A DNA stretch of 24,168 bases, from the NCBI GenBank assembly GCA_046581755.1, contig JAYGFR010000019.1:1-24168 (forward strand), read 5' to 3'. Under the pieces are notes generated by a model. That model had not been told where the DNA came from and did no database searches. It was given only the letters and a program-made list of their open reading frames with translations. Made by a program: the position numbers and the translations under genes. This document shows, one piece after another, positions 18,228 through 24,168 of the stretch; within the stretch, counting starts at the first letter, position 1, and each line of letters begins with the position of its first letter. The DNA is from Nitrospinota bacterium. Lineage in GTDB: Bacteria; UBA8248.

Positions 18228-19922
18228 ATGAATGTGACTAATGACTCGCTGGGCGCCAGCCCGGCGATGATTGAGATTATCAAGAATTCTCTCACCGCCA
18301 TCACCGACGAGATGGGGATGGCTCTCAAGAAATCCTCCTACTCGCCCAACATCAAAACGCGTGAAGACTACACTTGCTCGCTCTTCAACAATCGTCTCGA
18401 AATGCTCGCTCAGACGGCGCATCAGATCGGCCACCTGGGGGCTTTTCCCTTCATCGTCAAGGAGACGATGAAGGAGCACGACGTCAATCGATTGGAGCCC
18501 GGCGACACAATCATCTTGAATGACCCCTACCGGGGCGGTACCCATTTGCCGGACATTATTCTGATTTCACCCATTTTCCATGAGGACCGGCTTTGGGGTT
18601 TTGTCGGAAATCTGGCGCACCATAGTGATGTGGGCGGGATGTCTCCGGGCAGCATGAGCGGGACAGCGACGGAGATATTTCAAGAAGGAATTCGCATCCC
18701 TTCCGTCATGTATATGAGGAAGGGGAAAGTGATTCCCGATATTCAGAAGATGATCCTCGCGAACGTGCGCACGCCCGAGGAGCGCAAGGGAGATCTCTCC
18801 GCCCAGGTCGCCGCGAACAACATCGGAATTCGAAGGGTGCATGAACTCATCGATCATTATGGCCTCGCGAAGTTGGATCGATATTGCGATTCCCTTATCG
18901 AATACTGCGAGCGGCGTATGCGCTCGGAAATTCGGAAAATTCCGGATGGAACGTATGAGGCCGAAGATTTCATGGATGACGACGGGACAACCGATAAACC
19001 CATCCGTGTGAAGCTTCGCATCGATAAGAGGGATGAGGAAATCACCTTCGATTTCACGGGGACGGACGAGCAGCGCCTGGGGCCTTGCAACGCGGATTAT
19101 TATCAGACCATGTCTCTGGTCATGTACACCCTGCGCTGCATCACGGATCCCGACATCCCCCAGAACGAAGGTTGCTACCGGCCGATTCGGCTGATAGTTC
19201 CTGAAGGTACGGTGCTCAACCGCAAATTTCCCGCTGCGAGCGCGGCGGGATGGGAGATCACGAGACGGGTGATCGACGTGTTTTGCAAGGCGCTTAGGGA
19301 GGTGCTGGGCGAGAGGGTGCCCGCCGGAAGCAACGGGGCGCTCAATCAGTTTTCATTTGGTGGCCCGATGCCCGAGGAGGGACGTTACGCCGTTTACGAA
19401 ACCATGGGCGGCGGCTTCGGCGCACGCTATAACAAGGATGGAATGGACGGGGTTCACTCCGTCTCCAACACGAAGAATACGCCAGTCGAAGAGATGGAGT
19501 TGAGCTATCCCGTCCTCTATCGCCGCTACAGCCTTTGGCCGGACAGCGAGGGTCCGGGGAAATTCCGCGGGGGTGTCGGCATGATGCGCGAGATCACTTT
19601 TCTTACAGATGTCACGGTGACTTCGATCACCGACAGGGTGAAATTCAAGCCGTGGGGGATCGGAAAAGGTGAAGAAGGGTCGGGAAGTGAATTTCTCATT
19701 GATTCCCTCGATTCTCCTCGCCGGATGAAGAGCAAAGATCTCCAGCGTCTAAAGGCAGGCGATACGCTGTGTATGCACACGACGGGCGGTGGTGGGTATG
19801 GCGATTCGAAAGAACGCGATTCGGAATTGGTGCGGCTGGACGTGGCGGATGAGAAAATATCGCCCGGGCGCGCGCGGGAAAAATACAATTGGGATGGAAA
19901 CCCGCCCGAGGACGATAGTTAA
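18228..19922 (+). CDS. Hydantoinase B / oxoprolinase family catalytic subunit, copy 2 (start ATG 18228 or TTG 18222)
   Basis: Same motifs as copy 1; aligns to it without gaps. Confidence 0.95.
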   Translation: MNVTNDSLGASPAMIEIIKNSLTAITDEMGMALKKSSYSPNIKTREDYTCSLFNNRLEMLAQTAHQIGHLGAFPFIVKETMKEHDVNRLEPGDTIILNDPYRGGTHLPDIILISPIFHEDRLWGFVGNLAHHSDVGGMSPGSMSGTATEIFQEGIRIPSVMYMRKGKVIPDIQKMILANVRTPEERKGDLSAQVAANNIGIRRVHELIDHYGLAKLDRYCDSLIEYCERRMRSEIRKIPDGTYEAEDFMDDDGTTDKPIRVKLRIDKRDEEITFDFTGTDEQRLGPCNADYYQTMSLVMYTLRCITDPDIPQNEGCYRPIRLIVPEGTVLNRKFPAASAAGWEITRRVIDVFCKALREVLGERVPAGSNGALNQFSFGGPMPEEGRYAVYETMGGGFGARYNKDGMDGVHSVSNTKNTPVEEMELSYPVLYRRYSLWPDSEGPGKFRGGVGMMREITFLTDVTVTSITDRVKFKPWGIGKGEEGSGSEFLIDSLDSPRRMKSKDLQRLKAGDTLCMHTTGGGGYGDSKERDSELVRLDVADEKISPGRAREKYNWDGNPPEDDS

Positions 19923-19998
19923 ATAATAGGGCTGAATCGATCTCATCGTTATGAATTGAAAGTGGTTTCCTTGAATATCCCTCGGAGGAGGAAGATTC

Positions 19999-20772
19999 AT
20001 GGACCTTAAAGATGGGCAATATGGATCCATTTGCCGAGTCGGCCTGGTCGTTCCTTCTCTGAATGTCGTCATCGAGCCTGAATTTCACAAGATGTCACCC
20101 GAAGGCGTATCGGTCCATGCGACCCGAATGTTGCTTCAAGGAAAAATGACCCGTGAGAGCTTTTCCCGCATGGCGCAGGACGCCTCCACGGCGGCCGCGC
20201 TTTTGGGAACGGCCAGGGTGGATGTCATTGCCTACGCCTGCACTTCGGGTTCGTTTGTGGAAGATGGCGCCCGGATTGCGGAAACGCTTGAGCGGGAAGG
20301 AGGCGTGCCCGCCGTCACGACGGCCCTGGCCGTGGTGGAGGCGCTCCATGCGCTCGGCCTGAAGCGCATCGCCGTGGGAACCCCCTATGTGGATTTCGTC
20401 AATGAGGCCGAAAAACAGTTTCTCGAAAGCGCCGGTTTCGAGGTGACCGGCCTCTATGGATTGGGATTGGGAGATACCCCCGAATCCCGAATCTCCATCG
20501 GCCGGCAAAAATGGGAGATGGTATTGGAGGTTGCCCGGCGAATCGATTCTCCCGATGCCGATGGGGTGTTCATCTCCTGTACGAATCTGGCCACGATCGG
20601 CGTGCTGGAACAACTTGAACAAGAGCTGGGTAAACCCGTTTTCAGTTCGAACGTGGCGACCTTTTGGTCGGTCTTGAGCCGGGGTGGATTCTCGGCATCC
20701 ATTCCCGGCTACGGGTCCCTCCTTCGGGATTTTCCGTCCCTGCCGAAGATATCAGCGGGGCGGAATAGCTAA
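19999..20772 (+). CDS. Maleate cis-trans isomerase / Asp-Glu racemase family protein with both catalytic cysteines
   Basis: 'RVGLVVPSLNVVIEPEF', 'YACTSGS', 'GTPY', 'ISCTNL', 'LGKPVFSSN'. GGAGGAGG SD. Confidence 0.9.
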   Translation: MDLKDGQYGSICRVGLVVPSLNVVIEPEFHKMSPEGVSVHATRMLLQGKMTRESFSRMAQDASTAAALLGTARVDVIAYACTSGSFVEDGARIAETLEREGGVPAVTTALAVVEALHALGLKRIAVGTPYVDFVNEAEKQFLESAGFEVTGLYGLGLGDTPESRISIGRQKWEMVLEVARRIDSPDADGVFISCTNLATIGVLEQLEQELGKPVFSSNVATFWSVLSRGGFSASIPGYGSLLRDFPSLPKISAGRNS

Positions 20773-20803
20773 ATCGATTCGGTGGCCAATCGCGCTTGGA
20801 TGG

Positions 20804-22120
20804 TCAGGCGCGCGGCGGGCCTGAGGCGAATGCTCCGTGGGTTTTCTCCTCGTAGAGAAAGAGGGCGATAAATATCCCGGAAAGCATGAGGAGGAGGACG
20901 ATGGAAAAGGGAATGACGTAGCTCCCCGTGAAATCGAAAACAAATCCCGCCAGCGGCGGGCCCACAATTCCTCCCCCCGCATAACATATCGTCAGCAAAC
21001 CCATCACGGTCCCGAACGATCGGTCCCCAAAGCTGTCGGCCGCCATGGATGAATGCATGGTGCTCACCCCTCCCGCTCCGAGGCCGTATAGGACGCTGAA
21101 CAGAAAGCCCGGCAGGGGAGGATGGCCGAGATACCCGATCGAGAGCAAAACAACGATGCACAGGACGCCGAGACTGCATGAAAAGGCTTGGGCCCCGGGT
21201 CTTCCAACCTTGTCGCTGATCCATCCGATGAAGACGCTTCCCACCACATGCAGAAGTCCGGCCAGGCCGATGACCATCGCCCCGGTGGATGTGCTGTAGC
21301 CCATGTCCACGAGATAGAGTTGGAGTTGACTCAGGATGGTGTTCGTCTGGAAACCGATCATGAATCCAAGGAGCGCGAGCGCCCAGAAGTTTTTGTCACT
21401 TTTGACCCGGAAAAACACCTGTCCGATGCTTTTGCTCTCCTCCGTCCCGGCCTTCCGGGGGGTGGCCGCTTCCGTCTCCGGCCGGGGGAGGCCGTCTATG
21501 TTTTGTCCCACGTTTTCGGGGTAGTCGCGCAAAAAGATAAAATTCACCGGCGCCAATATTCCGAGAACGAAAAATCCGTAGACGAGATAGGCGATGCGCC
21601 AGCCGAAGTGGGCGATCAGCCGCTCGATCACGGGAGAGAGGAAAAGGCTTCCGATGCCGATTCCGGAGAGGAGGATGCCTGTCGCGATTCCCCGCTTTTG
21701 CCTGAACCATCTGGGCAGGATCGCGCTATGGGTGGCGAATCCGCTCAGCGCAGTGCCGAGACCGATGAACATTCCGAGCAACAGGTATACGTGCCAGAGG
21801 GAGGATATGAAAAAACCGCCGACCAGACCGATCCCCACCAATATCGACCCCCAGGGGACAACAGCCCGGGGGCCGAATTTGTCCAGCAGGTGGCCCGCAA
21901 AGGGACCCAGCAGGGCGTAGAGGCCCATCATCAGGGCGAATGCACTCCCAAGGGCGCCCCGCGTCCATCCGAATTCCGCGATGAGCGGCACCTGGAAAAT
22001 GGCGAAAGAGAAGCGAGCGGTTAGATGAAACGCAATTGTGAGAAAAGAAAGCCCGACGATGATCCAGCCGTAGTATACCGACGGGAAGGATTTTCGATCC
22101 CTTTCGTCCGTGTGCTCCAT
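20804..22120 (-). CDS. MFS transporter (OFA/monocarboxylate-like)
   Basis: About 12 hydrophobic segments; MFS motif A in both halves ('GHLLDKFGPR', 'GWISDKVGR'); 'YYGWIIV', 'WFRQKRGIATG', 'GPPLAGFVFDFTGSY'. Confidence 0.92.
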   Translation of the reverse strand: MEHTDERDRKSFPSVYYGWIIVGLSFLTIAFHLTARFSFAIFQVPLIAEFGWTRGALGSAFALMMGLYALLGPFAGHLLDKFGPRAVVPWGSILVGIGLVGGFFISSLWHVYLLLGMFIGLGTALSGFATHSAILPRWFRQKRGIATGILLSGIGIGSLFLSPVIERLIAHFGWRIAYLVYGFFVLGILAPVNFIFLRDYPENVGQNIDGLPRPETEAATPRKAGTEESKSIGQVFFRVKSDKNFWALALLGFMIGFQTNTILSQLQLYLVDMGYSTSTGAMVIGLAGLLHVVGSVFIGWISDKVGRPGAQAFSCSLGVLCIVVLLSIGYLGHPPLPGFLFSVLYGLGAGGVSTMHSSMAADSFGDRSFGTVMGLLTICYAGGGIVGPPLAGFVFDFTGSYVIPFSIVLLLMLSGIFIALFLYEEKTHGAFASGPPRA

Positions 22121-22220
22121 TATGAGAGGAAATCCTTGGAAGAGTTAATGGAGGAAAACGAAGGATAAATTTTTGTGGCCGGAATTCATGTGGCCGAAAT
22201 TTATTTTCCCATGGCTATGC

Positions 22221-22249
22221 TTGTATGCAGGGTCGATGGAAATTATATT
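22221..22249 (+). promoter_or_regulatory. Candidate sigma70 promoter for the third LLM gene
   Basis: TTGTAT (22221-26), 17 nt, TATATT (22244-49), about 50 nt upstream of ATG 22299. Confidence 0.55.
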
Positions 22250-22298
22250 GCTCTCCGTCTGGAAATGTAAACCAACAGCAGCAGGGAGATAATGAACG

Positions 22299-23267
22299 AT
22301 GCGTTTTGGAATCAAGCCTCATCAGGGAGGCGGCAATTGGAATGAAGTTGTCGTGGAAACGAAACTTGCCGAGGAGTTGGGCTTCGACTCCGTTTTCTTT
22401 GGTGAACACCACGGGGTGGATTGGCCCCAGTTTTCCTCCCCCATGTTGGTGCTGGCGGCATTGGCGGGATGCACCTCGCGGATTCGACTGGGTACGAGCG
22501 TTCTTCTCTTCCCGCTGCACTCCCTCATGGGGGTGGCCGAGGATGCAGCCCTCCTGGATGTCGTCTCCGAGGGGCGGCTCATTCTGGGTCTCGGCGCAGG
22601 CTACCTGGAGTCGGAGTTCGATGCCTTCGGGGTCAAGAAAAGCGAGCGGGCGGCCCGGCTCGAGGAAGGAATCCCGTTGCTCAGAAGTCTTTGGGCGGGG
22701 AAAGAGGTAACCCATGAAAGCGCCCGCCTGAAGTTGGATCGATTCCGGCTGAACCCGTTGCCCCGCCAGGATGGAGGACCTGAAATTTGGTACGGCGGCT
22801 GGGAGAAAACGCCGGTTCAACGCGCCGCCCGCCTGGCGGACGCATATTTTCCGGGCCCCAGCGGAAACCGCGAGAAGTTGAGAATATGCTACCGCATCTA
22901 TCTTGAGGCGCTTGAGGAGGGGAAGGGGGAGCCATCGTGCCGTCCTCTCATGCGGGATGTCGTTCTTGTGCGCGACGCGGCGGAGCGGCGGCGTGCGGAG
23001 GAGAGTCTTGTTCGTCTCTTCAAAGAAGGCTACAGCGCCTTCGGTCATCAGAACGTCAACATGGATACCTTTCAGGAGGAACTACGCCGGGGGGATCGAT
23101 GTTTCCTCGGCGAGGCGGAGGAGGTGATCGATCAAATCCACTCATACCGGGAGGAATTCGGGATTGATTATCTTGTCATTCGTGTGCAGAACGAGATGAC
23201 CCAGGGCGAACGGGGAAGAGAAATGATTAAGGAGTTCGCCCGAAAAGTTATGCCGGAATTCGTGTAG
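22299..23267 (+). CDS. LLM-class flavin-dependent oxidoreductase
   Basis: 'AEELGFDSVFFGEHH', 'TSRIRLGTSV', 'AEDAALLDVVSEGRLILGLGAGY', 'EFDAFGV', 'RAARLAD'. Confidence 0.9.
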   Translation: MRFGIKPHQGGGNWNEVVVETKLAEELGFDSVFFGEHHGVDWPQFSSPMLVLAALAGCTSRIRLGTSVLLFPLHSLMGVAEDAALLDVVSEGRLILGLGAGYLESEFDAFGVKKSERAARLEEGIPLLRSLWAGKEVTHESARLKLDRFRLNPLPRQDGGPEIWYGGWEKTPVQRAARLADAYFPGPSGNREKLRICYRIYLEALEEGKGEPSCRPLMRDVVLVRDAAERRRAEESLVRLFKEGYSAFGHQNVNMDTFQEELRRGDRCFLGEAEEVIDQIHSYREEFGIDYLVIRVQNEMTQGERGREMIKEFARKVMPEFV

Positions 23268-23501
23268 GCTACGCTCCGCAAAAATTGGACCCTACCTATA
23301 CTGAATGGGTTATGAAGTTGGCTTGGTAGGGAGATGTCTTGTCGAATTCTCCGCTAACGAAAAATTAATTAAGAAAATTCCTTGAAGAGCGTGTATCATA
23401 TCACAACCGAAGGAGACCGCATCTTTCACTACCCTTCACTCGGGTCCGAAATTCCCGAAGTATGGGCGGGCGCTCTCAAGCCGTTGGAGAAAGACGGATA
23501 G

Positions 23502-23547
23502 CCTGTGCATGGCGAATTACTATTTTTATTCGGAAATCCAGACATTT
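23502..23547 (+). mobile_element. Orphan IS terminal repeat homologous to the end at 763-781, with no transposase behind it
   Basis: CCTGTGCATGGCGAATTA versus CCTGTTCATGGCGAATTA (reverse complement of 764-781): 17/18 identical, with weaker similarity (TTTTA, GAAATC, CATTT) for about 28 more nt. Confidence 0.65.
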
Positions 23548-23642
23548 TGGATTCAGTTGAATTTTTGGACAGGACGTGAGCCAGGGTATCGGGACATGAA
23601 CTTCTCGAATTGTCGAAAGAAGCCGGTTTGTGGGCAATATTT

Positions 23643-23671
23643 TTGATATCCTTATGAAGCATAAGTACTTT
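23643..23671 (+). promoter_or_regulatory. Candidate sigma70 promoter with a palindrome in the spacer, upstream of the zinc-ribbon gene
   Basis: TTGATA (23643-48), 17 nt, TACTTT (23666-71); the spacer holds CTTATG-AAG-CATAAG (23651-23665). Confidence 0.5.
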
Positions 23672-23714
23672 GGGGCCAGAGGAAATGAAACTTTTGTCGG
23701 AGGAAACAATCGAA

Positions 23715-23879
23715 ATGCCTGCCTTTGAATTCAAGTGTCAGAAGTGCGGAAAAAAGGCCACTCTTGTGCTTTCTTTATCGGAATACGAAAAGAAAAACTA
23801 TAAATGCCCCAAGTGTGGGAGCAAACGCCTGGAAAGACTAATTTCAACCTTTCAGGTAAAAACATCGAGGAAGAGCTGA
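23715..23879 (+). CDS. FmdB-family zinc-ribbon protein (54 aa)
   Basis: 'MPAFEFKCQKCG...CPKCGSKRLERLIS' fits the MPxYEYxCxxCG...CPxCG pattern. GGAGGA SD at 23699-23704. Confidence 0.88.
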   Translation: MPAFEFKCQKCGKKATLVLSLSEYEKKNYKCPKCGSKRLERLISTFQVKTSRKS

Positions 23880-23965
23880 AATCCTTCTGGGGGATACTAT
23901 CTGGCCCACGGCCTGTGAGTGGCAAATTGCTACCTTTACGGGGGTGGGTGCTAGAAAGTAGGCAT

Positions 23966-24168
23966 TTCCCTGATAATTCCCTGTTCGGTTTTCGGGGTGA
24001 AATCCTGAAGCCCTTTAAGCACAGGTAAATCCGGCAGAGTTTGGGGAAATAACCCCTCAATATTGAAAAAATTCCCTGTATTTTCCCTGTTAAACAGGGA
24101 ATTTAGCAGAGACGGGTTCGCTCTGGACTCCTTCCACCGCCAAACAGTCTCCCTGAATTTTCTCTGCC
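23966..24168. repeat. Non-coding TTCCCTG repeat/palindrome element with a tRNA-3'-end-like tail
   Basis: TTCCCTG at 23966, 23977, 24072 and 24083; perfect 11-bp inverted repeat AAATTCCCTGT (24069-79) / ACAGGGAATTT (24094-104); then GGGTTCG...CCACCGCCA (24114-24142). Confidence 0.6.

Larger units (their letters stand above)
16494..19922 (+). repeat. Diverged tandem gene duplication, period 1728 bp
   Basis: Two 566-codon ORFs (16494-18194 and 18222-19922) are colinear without indels; about 128 amino-acid differences by hand count (about 77% identity). Confidence 0.95.

Noticed and set aside
16494..19922. Assembly artefact as the cause of the hydantoinase B duplication
   Set aside because: The copies differ at about 23% of residues along their whole length and have different flanks; a collapsed or duplicated contig would give near-identical copies.
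23382..23501. 39-codon ORF (MKSVYHITTEGDRIF...) ending at the orphan IS end, faintly like the 'YHIT.RG' start of IS200/RAYT transposases
   Set aside because: The match is only a few residues, with no HUH motif and no SD.
24105..24142. Functional tRNA gene
   Set aside because: Only GGTTCG and a CCGCCA end are present; T-arm spacing is wrong and no D or anticodon arm can be folded.
1..24168. CRISPR array, rRNA, phage or defence genes
   Set aside because: No regularly spaced repeat-spacer array and no recognisable cas, phage or defence motifs.

Overview
A GC-rich bacterial accessory/catabolic region with no rRNA, tRNA or CRISPR and no recognisable transcriptional regulator. At the left edge is an rve/DDE (IS481/IS3-like) transposase with an in-frame nonsense codon; its terminal repeat sits just upstream of a clear galB-galC(ligK)-galD 4-oxalomesaconate operon (lower gallate/protocatechuate 4,5-cleavage pathway). 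Next is a DUF6282-like amidohydrolase and then a large uncharacterised catabolic cluster. One arm (minus strand) is a two-gene operon: a single-cysteine Asp/Glu-racemase/maleate-isomerase-family protein and a stand-alone SdhA/NadB-type flavoprotein with an altered active site. The other arm (plus strand) has two luciferase-like (LLM) oxidoreductases, a TAXI-TRAP transporter, a deacetylase-like barrel, an ATP-dependent hydantoinase/oxoprolinase with one A subunit and two tandem B subunits (about 77% identical by hand count), and a two-cysteine maleate-isomerase-family enzyme. An MFS transporter, a third LLM and an FmdB-type zinc ribbon follow. A second, orphan copy of the IS end lies at about 23502 in inverted orientation, so the two ends bracket about 22.7 kb of catabolic genes. 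The window ends in a TTCCCTG-repeat/palindrome element with a tRNA-3'-end-like tail. All family calls come from motif recognition; no database search was run.
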